Positions 48,341-60,819 are shown, counted from the whole stretch's first letter. The stretch is DNA of 62,429 nt, filler included, from Dimorphilus gyrociliatus (GCA_904063045.1; 4 parts of 4 records of this genome joined end to end with filler, not necessarily neighbours in it), one strand, 5' to 3'. Notes: generated by a model from the letters alone, not told the origin. Numbers and translations: made by a program.

Positions 48341-49559
48341 TTCACTCCAAACAAAAAATAGGTATAATTTTTTTTCTTCTAATCTTGAATTAGTTTTTAT
48401 CAATACATACTGTCTTCCGTCAAATTAAAATAGCTTAAATTGACTTTCATCCTTCTAAATTACCTTATTTTACACATATTGATTGTAATTTATATTTTCT
48501 TAATTCAACTCAATCTATGAATTTTGGGCAAATATTGATTTCAACAACTCCTTTAAAATTTAGTATTAGAAAAAATATATTTTAGATTTGAAACGACATT
48601 CTAATGATTTATATTTAAGAAAAAATAAATAAGTGTTTATATTGGCTTCTATATTACTAATACGAGTTTTTAGGCAATGTTTTATGAATCTTTTGTGTCT
48701 TTAAAGTTACTTTTATACTAAATTGTGGGATATTCATGATCTCTTATGTCATTATATTTGATAATAATAATAGAAAACTTTTCTATTGTATACTAATAAT
48801 TTTTTTAGGACTTAAAAAATCTTCTACTTCTATAATCTTATAAAAACTTTTTTCTTATGAAATGTTCCAACTATGTATTCTGATTTAATAACAGAACTCT
48901 CATAAATTTCTATGATTTAACAACTTTTTATATTATAGTTAAGCTTTCAAGTGTAATTTTACTTCTAGTTAGACTTATGAATGTTTCATAAAGTTTACAA
49001 TTTACATCATATTGCCAAAATATACCTATTATTAATATTTTTATAAACAATTTAAAAATATTAAAATAATTAATATTGACGCTTTGATTTAACTGAGCCG
49101 AGCCAGTACATATCGAAACCTTACTTCTACCACATTTTTTTAATCAAAAAATCCAAATTAAGCCATCTATATTATGATGTCCACTAAATTTCTATTAACT
49201 TTATTAAGTGATTTTTTAAAAATATTAAATTTAGTCAACCAGAAAGAAAGTTGTTCAACTAATAATTTTTCATGTAGATTCAATCTCATTATAGACACTA
49301 GAAAGTTATAAAACCCCATTTTGGGAGGTCCCTATTAGCAAATTTTACCAAAATTTCTATATAAAGTTTAGGTTTATATAAAAATTATTGACCTGGTGTA
49401 TTTAGCTCACAATTCAGCATTAAATCCCCCTTCGCATCATTTAATTTTAGCCCTTAATATTACTTTTTATGAAAACTTTTATAGAAACCTACTTTCTTAA
49501 ATAATAGTGAAATCTTACTTTTTTTAAAAGAAAAAAAATTGTATTATGTCAGATGCCAT

Positions 49560-50340
49560 GTCACATCTGTGAGTTATTAAAGATATACAAACCAACAATT
49601 AAATGAATAATGGTGAAACGTGGAGATGTATAGTGTTAATTGTAGTTACTATAAAACCTCAAAAAATGTTAGAACTAGGACTCTTATGGAGAGGATAAGA
49701 TTAGATTTCAAAATTATTTTAGAAATAATCTATCGATTTTTAAAAGAATAGCGTAAAATTAAGATATTGGTTGGTATCTTAGTCAGCAAAAAAACCTTTA
49801 TAAAAATACACTAATAAATCAGGAAAAGGATTCTTGAGTAGTTTACTGATCCCAATAAAGTTAGGAGGAAATAGAAATGTAGTTCAAATCAATGAAAATC
49901 TATTTTGTCATAAGGCTAAGAATAATATTGGAAGAAGATCTAAGAAGGTGAGGGAATTCGAACTTATAGGTAATAGCTTTCGCTTCGCAAAGGGGTAGAG
50001 GAAGATAGTAGCTAAATAGAAAGGCCAGAACATAACTACCTATTATTTATTATATATGTTCACCAAATACAATAATACATAATGATGAATGACCTTCATA
50101 CCAGAATATATCTAGAGATCTTGGTATAGAGCATTCGACTGTCAACCATAACTTGTTTTTTATAGATCGAATAACAGGGACACATAACCAAACATTGAGT
50201 TATATTAGAATTAGAACTAAAGAAATGAATGATGCTGAGAAAAAGCACATACAATCTTATTTAAACAAATGGTTGTGTATAATATTTAATATCAGAAAAG
50301 ATTATTTTTAAAAGATATTGTATCTATTAGAAATAAACCA
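49560..50340 (+). mobile_element. Degenerate Merlin (IS1595-like) transposase remnant
   Basis: Fragments KLGGNRNVVQINENLF, IHNDE*PSY and HSTVNHNLFFIDRITGTHNQ match GG..VxIDES, I.TD.W..Y and H..VNH...F.D..TG.HTQ. Confidence 0.65.
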
Positions 50341-50599
50341 ATTCGTGAAAAAACCTAACTTTTCAATAAATTTATGTAAAATAGGAGTTTTGATACTTGG
50401 TTATTAAATAAACCAGATCCCAAAATTAGATACCATAAGTTTATTAGGTGTATAAGCAGCAAAGGGACTCTCAAACACTGTCATTATGTAGTTAAATCTG
50501 TGCATAAATCAGATTTATTACTAGTTATCACACTACTAAAGTTATTTATAAGGTATCCAAAAGATGTACTGTTTTTATTATTTAAATACTAAACTTTTT

Positions 50600-52115
50600 C
50601 ATAAGGTCTTCTTTATACTTAATTCTAAGATTCTGTGCATCCCCTAATATTTCTAAAGTGTTTAAATAACTTTTTTTATTGTGAGACGTACAGGGTCTTA
50701 TGATTATTCAGTAAATATAATTGATTGAAAAGGCCAGCTTTTAGGCTACAACCATTCAGCTTTAATTCTTCTAAACTCAATATATGAAATTCCTTTCCAT
50801 GTTATCTTTGTTTAAATTATAACTCTAACGTATATATGGGGGGTTCGCCTTTTAGCTGTCCGATAGGATTCAAAATACCTTATGGGAATTCAAAATCATA
50901 TATATAAATTCTTCCAAGGATTTAATATGAGATATACTAATAAGATATGCTTTATTGAGCTTTGGTTCATTGTTAAATTTAATCTCTTAAGCTTTTAATG
51001 TGTTTTTAAATGATTCAAAGGCCGCTTGATAGACTAAAAGTATGTAGATCTATTTCTTCTAATTCTAACATCTGAGATGTCCCAATAAAGTCAGCTTTTT
51101 CTCAATTCTTATTAATTTTTAAACTATTTTTTGAACACTCTTTAGAAGCTCGAGTTTTACCGTAAGACACTTAATAAACCACAATAATCTGAGTCTATTT
51201 CTTTAAAATATTTCATTTGAGATATTCCAATAAATTCCTTAACAGTTAGGTTCTTATTACTTATTAAGTCTATCTTTCCTGCTTTTCAAGGGGACCTAGA
51301 TGAACGAGATACTCTCTTTTGATATCCCAGTCAGATAATACAAGTTCTTTTAGGCTCGTAATATTGGATAGCTCAGTAAAACCGGTAATATTGAAATTTA
51401 TATTTATAGTTAGATCCATTTTTTAAGTTTCTTGAGCAATCCTAATTGCCCCAGAAGTCCTTCCAATAGATTAAAGGTATACAAAATTAACCATAGGATT
51501 TTTTGTTTGGGATGTTCCTTTGGAGTCATCACTAGTTGAGGCAGTATTATATGATAAGTCCAATTTCCATAGTTATATGAGTGCACTTAGACGAATGGTG
51601 TAATTGCTTGATAAATAACATTTATATAAATCAAGTTCCTATAGTCATGTAATCTTAGTAAGGACATCACCCACATCTGCATTCAAATTAATACTGCATT
51701 TTAAATTTAGTCTTTTTAGTTTTTTAGGTAAATTTGAATTTTTAAAGCAGTCAGTTGGTAGAATACAGCTAGTAAGTCTAGTTATTCTAGTTGTATAATT
51801 TGATTAATACCATTAAAATCATTGGTGATTAAATATTTTTAAGTTCTTTTAGAGATTCAAAAGTTGGCTAGTACCTCCTATAGGGCTACAGCTAGATAAA
51901 CCAAGTTCTTTTAAACTTATCATTTAAGATACTTCAGTTATATCAGTGCTTTAGAAAATTTTGATTATCTTCCAAATTCAATCTTTTAAGATTTTTAAGT
52001 GAACTGAAAGGTCTGAAAATACCTTTTGATGATACACAATCAACAATACATAAATTTTCTTAGCTCTCCATTTTAGATATTACAATAAACTCTTTGGCAT
52101 TTAAGTTCTTATTCT
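50600..52115 (-). mobile_element. Possible highly degenerate non-LTR retrotransposon RT remnant
   Basis: Only weak fragments, e.g. LVYQAAFESF resembling LDxxKAFDS. Many stops. Confidence 0.3.
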
Positions 52116-52215
52116 NNNNNNNNNNNNNNNNNNNNNNNNNNNNNNNNNNNNNNNNNNNNTTAATTAATTAANNNNNNNNNNNNNNNNNNNNNNNNNNNNN
52201 NNNNNNNNNNNNNNN
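52116..52215. other. Artificial contig spacer
   Basis: 44N-TTAATTAATTAA-44N. Confidence 0.98.
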
Positions 52216-52869
52216 AATCGTAGATTCTACAAACATTATAACTCTAATCAAAGATATAAAAAATACAATAAAAATTTATAAAAAAGATGTTGAAAAGCAA
52301 TTTATATCTCTTAAATATACCAAATCATCGTTAAACATAAACTTAAAAGATGATAAAACTGAACAAATAATACAAAAAGAAATAAATCTATTAGAAATAA
52401 GAAAAAATAAATTAAAAGAAGATTTAATTAAAGAAAAGAAAGAATACTTAGACTCTAAAAAGAACAATGAAAGTTTAAATAATCAAATACAGACAGCCAC
52501 TCATAAATTAAACAATCTATTAAAAGAAAAGAAAACATTAGAAAATAATTTAAATAATTTAGAAAATAAACAAAAATTAAAAATAAAAGAAAAGAAGAAG
52601 AAGAAATAGTTAATAAAAAGAGTAGTGATTTGTATAGAAAACACTTAGGTATTGATATTCTACCATTGAGTAATAACAATATTAAAATAATTTTTAGCTT
52701 GAAAAAAAAAGTAAATGTGTTTTTGAATTTTAATGAAGAAGAGGTAATTAATAGAGTAGAAGGATGTGATATTGAATTAAATAGAGTTAATAGAATGTTT
52801 AAGAGAGAGAATAGCTTTTATTCGTTTCTTAAGAGAATAAGAGAAGAACTAAAGAGTAGTCTTAGATAA
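52216..52869 (+). CDS. 3' fragment of a K/E/N-rich coiled-coil protein (frame-disrupted, function unknown)
   Basis: Lys/Glu/Leu-rich reading from the contig start, joining the ORF at 52630-52869. No recognised domain. Confidence 0.35.
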
Positions 52870-53151
52870 TACAAAAGAATTAGAGTGTAAGTGTAGAAAA
52901 ATTATATAAAAGAGTAGAACTATAGATAGTTTATATAGAATTATATAAATATAGAGTAGAACTATATATAGTGTTATATAGAAGAGTATAAAAATCAATA
53001 TATTATTATAAAATCAATATATTATCTATTATATCAATATATTATCTATTATATCAACATATATTATAAAATCAATATATATTATCTATTAATCATTTTT
53101 AGTAAATTTAATAAAAATCTATTTTTTTAAAATATTCAATTTTTACAACCC

Positions 53152-54369
53152 ATGGAAAAAAACTATATTTTTTACTTAATTGCTTCTACTTTGATGTGTT
53201 GTAGTACTTTCCCTTTCATGACTTTCTTATTCTCTTTGTGTAAAGACATGCTAAAAATTGAACCTCGTTTTATTTTTAAACTTATGCTTCTTACTGTGTT
53301 TAATTTACTAGGAATGGCAATTTCTATTTATTTTAAAACAGGTGTTAATTCTTTGGTATTTCTTTTTTTAGTACATTTTTTTTGTATATTATCTTTTAAG
53401 TATTTAAAGAAAATTAAATATAAAAGGTTGTATTTAATAGGTGTACTTATTATATACAACATTACAGTTACTTGTATGTTTTGTACTATAGAAGGGACAA
53501 ATGCTAATTACTGTAGGAGTAAACCAAAGGGAGAATCTATATCTAATTTTTTTAGAATGACTTTTACTTTGGGTAGTGTTTTAATGTACTTGTTTATGAA
53601 CTTATTTGAGGTTGTATTAAAGAAAAGAGAAAGACTATTTAATTCAGTTCTGTTGATTACAATTCTCTTCTCCTTCTTGAGTGCCTTCTTTTTTAAGATT
53701 TCGTATATCAAAAGTGAAGAGAAAAGGCCTACTTTTATTGTTGATATAAAACTTGAATTTGTTTTGTTGATTTTGTGCTCTTTTTTACATCAATTGCCTC
53801 ACCAGTTCTTTAGTTTTGTTGAAAGAGATTTCTTTGAAAGAATTACCTCAAGAGGAAATTATAATATCGTAAAAATATTATGCTTATCTTTTGAATTTAT
53901 TCTTTACTCTCAAATAAAAAAACTGGCAAAGTTTATCACCTACCGTCAAATTCTCCTAATATCTTTTATTCTCAACTATTTAAAGATATTTTTAATTTCT
54001 ATTACAAAAGTAAAAGACAGAATAAATTCAATCAAAAACACCCAAAAACACAAATTACCAGGTTTTTTAAAGTCTGCATTCTTTGAAGTTCTGACTAGAA
54101 TTACGTCTTGCTTTTATAGTTCTAGTATAAGATTTATAGTTAGAGACCTGAATAATCAAAACGATCTAACATTTTGTAATGCAGTTATTGATTTTATAAG
54201 TTATGGGTTGGTGCCTATTTTTATATGTCTTTTTAGTATTCTTTATGTTCCCAAAGGTAAAGAAGTGACTTCTAAGTCTTATAGAAATATAGGTAAAAAA
54301 CTAAGAATAGGATATATTCCATGTTTGTTGTTAGGAGGGATTATCGTATTCTATGAGAAAACAAAATGA
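53152..54369 (+). CDS. Multi-pass membrane protein, MFS-like transporter
   Basis: 405 aa with about 10-12 hydrophobic segments in two halves. Intronless, with CCC directly before the ATG. Confidence 0.7.
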   Translation: MEKNYIFYLIASTLMCCSTFPFMTFLFSLCKDMLKIEPRFIFKLMLLTVFNLLGMAISIYFKTGVNSLVFLFLVHFFCILSFKYLKKIKYKRLYLIGVLIIYNITVTCMFCTIEGTNANYCRSKPKGESISNFFRMTFTLGSVLMYLFMNLFEVVLKKRERLFNSVLLITILFSFLSAFFFKISYIKSEEKRPTFIVDIKLEFVLLILCSFLHQLPHQFFSFVERDFFERITSRGNYNIVKILCLSFEFILYSQIKKLAKFITYRQILLISFILNYLKIFLISITKVKDRINSIKNTQKHKLPGFLKSAFFEVLTRITSCFYSSSIRFIVRDLNNQNDLTFCNAVIDFISYGLVPIFICLFSILYVPKGKEVTSKSYRNIGKKLRIGYIPCLLLGGIIVFYEKTK

Positions 54370-54575
54370 CTTTATTAAAAAAGACCAATACTAATTTATA
54401 TACTCTTATATAGTGTTTTATACTAATTTATATACATTTATAGATATTTATTTATATACTTATATACTCTTATATACATTTATTTATATATAATTTTTAA
54501 TAGTGTTTATATTATTTTATAAACTCTTATAATTAATTTTATATATAATTTTTATACTATTCTATAACTATTTTA

Positions 54576-55564
54576 GGTAAAAGGGATTTTTGGGGTACAG
54601 CTATATTTGCTTCTTAAAAAAAAATAAACATATTTTTAGATTTAAAACGTTTTTTTATTAATTTTCATCCGAGCCAAAATTTTTAAAAAAGGATTTTCCG
54701 TTTTTAGAAATAAATAGTCTTTGATATATGATTTTATATTTGGTTTTATGTTACTCCCTCTTGTTTTTAAATAGTATTTGAGCCATTTCCATTGATTTTC
54801 TATGTTCTGAGTATGCTTTTCTCTGTTTTCAGGGTCTACAAATACATCTTTGTGTTTAATAGTAAAATGACCATATTCAAGTAACTTCACTCCATTATAG
54901 CCTTTCCACTCGTCAGTTATAATAACTGAATATTCTTCTACATTCTTTATTATTATTTTAGATAATGTTTCTTCATCTCTTTTTGTGACAACCTCAAAGA
55001 AACACTCTTTTGTAGCTCTACAGAAACCACCTACTACCCATATCTGCTCTATTATTCTTCCTTTGTTATTTTTCCTTTTACTGACGGCACTCTCATCAAT
55101 TTCAATAATTCTACCGCCGCCCCCTATTTTTTTTCTGAAAAGTCATCATATCGTCTACGAATAATTTTTAAAATACTATTATATAATGTTTTGGTGATGT
55201 TATATTCATTATAAATTTGGATTGGTGGTGTTTTAATGCCCCATTCATATATTATAAAAATGATGTTTTTTAACGATGATTTAATATTGTCGAAATAAGA
55301 CATCTTACGTATAGAAACTTTTATATTATTACATTTTCTCGTCTTACAAAGCCAAATGAAACCATCTATGTTATGATGTGGTACCAAAACCATCGCCTTT
55401 TTACAGCTTTTACACAAAAATTTTTTCTTCAATAAACCCAAATCCATCATCCATGATAAAAATCTACTCGGATCAAATGAAATAGTAAATAATTCTAATC
55501 TCGAAAATACCATTGGGGTTAAATATTAAGCAAATATAGCTGTACCCCAAAAATCCTTTTTACC
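54576..55564 (-). mobile_element. Merlin-superfamily (IS1595/ISXO2-like) DNA transposon, complete
   Basis: 37-bp TIRs GGTAAAA(G/A)GGATTTTTGGGGTACAGCTATATTTGCTT with 1 mismatch, and an exact 8-bp TSD CTATTTTA on both sides. Confidence 0.95.
54642..55513 (-). CDS. Merlin transposase split by a -1 frameshift at an A8 run (about 55127-55134)
   Basis: N-terminal zinc ribbon CKSC..WLCKTRKC; after the shift IGGGGRIIEIDES, IWVVGG, IITDEWKGY, HTQNIENQW. Confidence 0.88.
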
Positions 55565-55598
55565 CTATTTTAATTACAGAAAGCCAGCCCTTCTCTAA

Positions 55599-56555
55599 AT
55601 GAATAGATGCTATTTACGTAGAAAAAAAATAGGAGAAGGTTCTTACGCAGTTGTTTATAAAGCTGAAGAGTACGAACTTGATGTAATTTCTTCTAAAATT
55701 ATCAAAAAAAGGCCTCAAAAGCTGTCAAACAAATTCGTAGCTATTAAAAAAATAAAAAGGGATGATTATTCTAAAGGAATTGAACCAAACGCTTTACAAG
55801 AATTACGTTCTCTTAAAAGTATTAAATCAGAATTCGTTTTGTCTTTAAATGATGTATTTTTTATTGAAGACTCTATCAACTTAGTATTAGAGTTTATGGA
55901 GACTAACTTAGAGAATTTAATACAGAATAAAGAGTTGGTTTTTATGCCAGCTGATATTAAATCTTGGTTGTTTATGATTTTAAGAGGTGTACAATCTTGT
56001 CATCAGCTGTTTATTTTACATAGAGATATAAAACCTAATAATATTTTAATTAATAGCAAAGGGATTGCAAAGTTGGGAGATTTTGGATTGGCTACAAAAA
56101 TAAATGGAGGAGAAATGAGTATATCTGTAGTTACTAGGTGGTATAGAGCACCAGAGCTATTTTTTGGTGCTAGAATGTACGGAATGGGTGTTGATATTTG
56201 GGCTGTTGGTGCTGTATTCGCAGAGCTTTTCTTAAGAGTTCCTGTTTTTGCTGGGGATTCCGATTTCAAGCAACTAGAGACTATTTTTCAAGTTTTAGGA
56301 ACACCTGATCAAGAGAACTGGCCTAATCATGATAAATTGCCTAATTTTGTATCTTTCCCTAAACAAAATAATACAAATTTTGTAAATTTATTTAAAGGAA
56401 TACAAAACGATGCTTACGATCTCTTGTGTAAATTTTTGCAGTTGGACCCACTAAAGAGAATATCTGCTATTGAAGCACTTAACCACGAATATTTTATAAA
56501 TTCACCACATCCAACACCTTTTTACAAATTGCCTTATGAATCTGTAGAAAAGTAA
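55599..56555 (+). CDS. CDK7: Cyclin-dependent kinase 7 (KIN28/TFIIH kinase)
   Basis: IGEGSYAVVYKA, VAIKKIK, GIEPNALQELRSL, NIENL-like FMPADIKSW, HRDIKPNN and VVTRWYRAPELFFGARMYGMGVDIW are features of the CDK7 subfamily. Confidence 0.88.
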   Translation: MNRCYLRRKKIGEGSYAVVYKAEEYELDVISSKIIKKRPQKLSNKFVAIKKIKRDDYSKGIEPNALQELRSLKSIKSEFVLSLNDVFFIEDSINLVLEFMETNLENLIQNKELVFMPADIKSWLFMILRGVQSCHQLFILHRDIKPNNILINSKGIAKLGDFGLATKINGGEMSISVVTRWYRAPELFFGARMYGMGVDIWAVGAVFAELFLRVPVFAGDSDFKQLETIFQVLGTPDQENWPNHDKLPNFVSFPKQNNTNFVNLFKGIQNDAYDLLCKFLQLDPLKRISAIEALNHEYFINSPHPTPFYKLPYESVEK

Positions 56556-56737
56556 ATTTGATTACTGTGTTTATATTTATTAAAAATATCAGGTAATTTA
56601 ATATTCCAACTTAGAAAAACTAAGTTTAATTAATTGAAAATCGGAATAACAACTGTATATAAAGTTATATTATAAAAAAATATTCTAGTAAATTATTGCG
56701 ATAAAACTCAAAATATAACTTATAAAAATTAAAAATC

Positions 56738-58933
56738 TTAATCAGAATAGGTAATACCAATTATCACAGCGATTATTAGGACGCCTATAACAAATCCCCC
56801 TCCATCAGAATCATCATAATTATATCTACCAATTTCGGGTTTAAATACTTTTAAACTTTCTAAACACCTTATTCTATTTACTACTTTCCTATCAATAAAG
56901 CATTTTGTGATATTCAAATTACTGATTCCAATCTCATCAACTAAATAAACAATTTCTTTTACTTTTAAAGTAGGACATCCCTCTAAGTTGAGCTTTTTTA
57001 ATTTTACCAAAGTTTTCAACTTATCTAAAGAGTAAGAACCAATATTAGAATAGCTAACGTTTAGATCTTCTATTTCTATCATCTTGGACATTACATCTAA
57101 ATCATTGCTAGTTAAATTACAGTATTTACTTAAATTTAATTTTCTTATTTTGTTCAATGAACTTAGTTTACTAAATATGTTTCTTTCTAACTTGCAATCG
57201 TCAAGATTTAGCTCTTCTAAGTGTATCATTTTAGATATCGCATCAAAGTCATTCTCATTGAGATTTTTGTTACTTCCTAAGTTTAACTTTTTCATATTTT
57301 TTAATAAAGCGAGTTTACTTACCCAATTTTGTAGTAAACCACACTTTTCAAATTGTAAATCCTCTAGCTTTGGTATTTTAGATAATGCATCGAAGTGAAA
57401 AGTTTTTAATTCGGTGCTGTTATTCAAATTTATAGCTTGTAAACACTGTAAAGGATTTTTAACATCAAAAGAACAATATTTAAGATTACAATTATTTATA
57501 TCGAGTTTCTTAAGTTTTGTCATTTTAAATAGTGTATTAAAATCCTCGTAGCTTAATTTTTTATTAAAACTTAGATCTATAGTTCTGATGTTTTTCAATG
57601 GACTTAATTTACTTACTAGGCCTTCTTTTAATTGGCAATTGGATAAGTTTATTTTTTCTAATTTAGTCATTTTAGATAAAGCATCGAAGTCACTAGAGCT
57701 AAGGTTTTCGTTTTCTTGTAGGACTATTTCTTTTAATTTCCTTAACGAGCCAAGCTTACATATTAGATTCGCCTTTAAATGACAACATTCTAAATTAAGA
57801 TACTCTAGTTCTATCATTTGAGATATTTGATTAAAGTCATCTTCATTTAATCCGTTACTACAACACAGGTACAGTTTTTTTAAGGTTGTAAATGATCTTA
57901 TTCTAGTGATTACCCCGTTTTTTTTTGAGTGAAAACTAAGGTCTAGTTCTTCCAGTTGAACCAAGCTGGATAAAAAAACCATTTCTGAATCTTCAAGAGT
58001 GCTAACGCCTACAAATTTAAATTTTTTTAACTTAGTTAGTTTTTCGAACCCAGAAAAACAGTACGTATCCGACATAGAACATCTACTAATATCTAGTTCT
58101 TCTAGTTGCCCCATTTCATTTATTTTATGAATAACAGGCGTTTCCATCAATACGTTATAGCTTAAATTTAGTTTCTTGATATTTTTTAAATGTAAATTAT
58201 GAAATATATCACTTCGTATGAAGCAACACTTCATGTTTAGATCCTCTAATTGTACCATTTTAGATAGTACATTTGAATCTCTCACGAACAATCCTGGATT
58301 GTTATATAAATTTAATCTTTTAATCTTGGTTAGTGAACCTAATGGGCTTATTAGCCCATTTCTGAGATCACAACCACTCAAATTTAGATCTATTAAATTA
58401 GGGGATTTCGATATTACAGTTATTTCTGTTTTAGTAAGATCTGTATTTCTTGATATTTCCAACTTTTCAAGCTGATGCATATTTTTTAAACATAAAATTG
58501 CACTTCTTTCGGTTTTAACATTATTTATATTTAAATATTTCAGTGTTTTTATTTTAGAAATCTTTTTAAATATACTCTTTGGTAGATAATCACCATTTTC
58601 TAATATTAGACCCTCTAACTGAGGGAATGGACTTTCTTTATCAAAAATTGTAGAAAGATATTCCATTTTCGTAATATGTAAATATTTTAAATGTTTCAAT
58701 TCGAGAATTTCACTCAAATACGCATCTTTTTTTAATTGTCTATTTTTTCTATTTAAATAGTACTCCACTGCTTTGGTATAGTTTCCATAGACATACTTCC
58801 ATGGTAAAAGATAAGTGGGATGTTCTGGATTTTTTGATGTATTTTCTTGAGATAGCATTGTTTTATTAATGTGAAGTAGTATTTTGACTAACATTACGAA
58901 TTTAGTAGTTGTGGTATAATTTATGCATATCAT
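56738..58933 (-). CDS. Leucine-rich-repeat protein (about 24-25-aa LRRs) with C-terminal hydrophobic anchor
   Basis: More than 20 LxxLxxLxLxxC/N repeats in the same alternating pattern as 46229-47494. The tail is GGFVIGVLIIAVIIGITYSD. CCCA precedes the ATG. Confidence 0.92.
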   Translation of the reverse strand: MICINYTTTTKFVMLVKILLHINKTMLSQENTSKNPEHPTYLLPWKYVYGNYTKAVEYYLNRKNRQLKKDAYLSEILELKHLKYLHITKMEYLSTIFDKESPFPQLEGLILENGDYLPKSIFKKISKIKTLKYLNINNVKTERSAILCLKNMHQLEKLEISRNTDLTKTEITVISKSPNLIDLNLSGCDLRNGLISPLGSLTKIKRLNLYNNPGLFVRDSNVLSKMVQLEDLNMKCCFIRSDIFHNLHLKNIKKLNLSYNVLMETPVIHKINEMGQLEELDISRCSMSDTYCFSGFEKLTKLKKFKFVGVSTLEDSEMVFLSSLVQLEELDLSFHSKKNGVITRIRSFTTLKKLYLCCSNGLNEDDFNQISQMIELEYLNLECCHLKANLICKLGSLRKLKEIVLQENENLSSSDFDALSKMTKLEKINLSNCQLKEGLVSKLSPLKNIRTIDLSFNKKLSYEDFNTLFKMTKLKKLDINNCNLKYCSFDVKNPLQCLQAINLNNSTELKTFHFDALSKIPKLEDLQFEKCGLLQNWVSKLALLKNMKKLNLGSNKNLNENDFDAISKMIHLEELNLDDCKLERNIFSKLSSLNKIRKLNLSKYCNLTSNDLDVMSKMIEIEDLNVSYSNIGSYSLDKLKTLVKLKKLNLEGCPTLKVKEIVYLVDEIGISNLNITKCFIDRKVVNRIRCLESLKVFKPEIGRYNYDDSDGGGFVIGVLIIAVIIGITYSD

Positions 58934-59349
58934 TGGGAAGGAGATTTGAGGCTTTCTTAAATTAAATAGATATTTTTTAGAATGTATAACGTGGCAAAAT
59001 ATTTTTAGAGATAAAATAGAAATACATTCAGCCTTTAGTTGAACTTATTTTTTTAGAAAAATTGATAACTAAATTATATAAACTTAGTAAATACAAATTT
59101 TATACCAATCAAAAAAGGAAATTTATAAATATACATAAAAGGAAATTTTAATTTTTTTAAGAAATTGATGATAAAAAGTTTATGTTTTTCAATTTAATAA
59201 TTACATATTTACAAACTCTACTACTTGATTAATTAAAGTTTTATATATTGTGATACAAATTTATTGTATTATTTTTAAAGAAAAAGGAGAATACAATTCA
59301 AAATACGAACAAATTTATTTTTGAAAAAAGGATCAGAAATCAGATTATA

Positions 59350-60819
59350 CAGTGGTGTGCAAAAAAAAAGTGAACAAGAAAAATTTATTAAAAAACTAAT
59401 GAAAATAACAGTTTTATATTTACATAATATCTTAGAAAAATGAACAATAATCATGATACTAACAAATATGATTTTGAAAAATTCTATGATCAGCTTAAAT
59501 ACTTTTTATCTCAAAAAAACTTTTTGGACTGTAAAAAAAAAGTGAACAAGAAAAATTATTTATTAATACATCCGCTTTTTGCTCTATATACCATAAGTGC
59601 GGATTTTTTAAGGTTAAAGCGAGTTTTTTACATGTCTCTATTGGTATTGAATTCCATTCTTTAGTTATAGCTTCTTTCAGGTCGGATTTTTTTTGAATGT
59701 TCTCTGCCCTATTCTACGCTTTATAATTGCCTACAGATGTTCTATAGGGTTACAGTCTGGTGATTGAGCTGGCTAAGGTTCTACTATAATGTTACTTTCT
59801 ATAAAACCCCTTTTGCAAGCTTGCTTTATGTTCTGAGTCATTGTCTTGCACAAAAATATACTCTTTAAGACCCATTTTTTCAGCAGAATTAAGCAAAGAG
59901 CTGGGCATTATGCTACAATAGTATGCAGCGTCCATCTTTGTATCTATAAATTTTAGTTCTCCAACACCATGATATGAAAAACAGCCCCAAATCATCACAG
60001 GGCCCCCTCCAAATTTTATAGTTTTCTTGATATTTTGAATGTCAAGCTTAGAAGACTTTGTACACCATACTTTTAGACTTCCATCGTTGTTGACAAGGTT
60101 AAATTACGATTCATCGGAGAATATAATCGTTTTTAGCGCGCTTTCTGGCATTTTTATCCACCTCTTACTTGCATTGTATCTAGCTTTAATATGCCTTGGT
60201 TATAAGAGCGGCTTAGAACATGGTCGAAAGGCTTCTATGTCCATTTTATTCAAGTAATTCTTTACATACACATGAGAAGTGTTGATAATACATGCTATTT
60301 GTATTTTCTGCCATCTTTCTTGTTAATAAAAATCTATTTTCATTATTAAGGTTTAATAAATGATGTTTAATACTGTTATATAGCTTATATGGACGACCAT
60401 TCCCCCTCAGATGTTCTATCGTATTATTATTGGTATATTTTTTGATTATTTTGTGGACTGTTGATAGAGCTAGTCCTGTTTTATCACCAATCTCCTATAT
60501 TTAAAATTTTCTTTATAAAGCAATATGGCTTTCCATTTTGTTTCTTCATTGATTTTTCTAGTTATAAAGGTCTAAATTAGATCGAATCTATGCTATATTG
60601 GAGAGAAAGTTCGTAGTTTTGATCCTGTTCACTTTTTTTTTACAGTCCAAAAAGTTTTCTTAAGATAAAAAGTATTTAAGCTGATCATGTAATTTTTCAA
60701 AACCATACTTGTTGGTATCATGACCATTATTCATTTTTTTTAGATATTATGTAAATATAAAATTGTTATTTCATAAATTTTTTAATAAATTTTTCTTGTT
60801 CACTTTTTTTTACAGACTG
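59350..60819 (-). mobile_element. Tc1-family transposon of IR/DR type with pseudogenised transposase
   Basis: About 200-bp imperfect TIRs, each with two copies of AAAAAAAAGTGAACA, and TA flanks. Transposase fragments MIWGCFS, FVQDND and SPDCNPIEHL contain stops and frameshifts. Confidence 0.88.

Noticed and set aside
52900-53100. Short AT-rich tandem repeats (also 54390-54570)
   Set aside because: They are low-complexity intergenic repeats with no structure beyond slippage.
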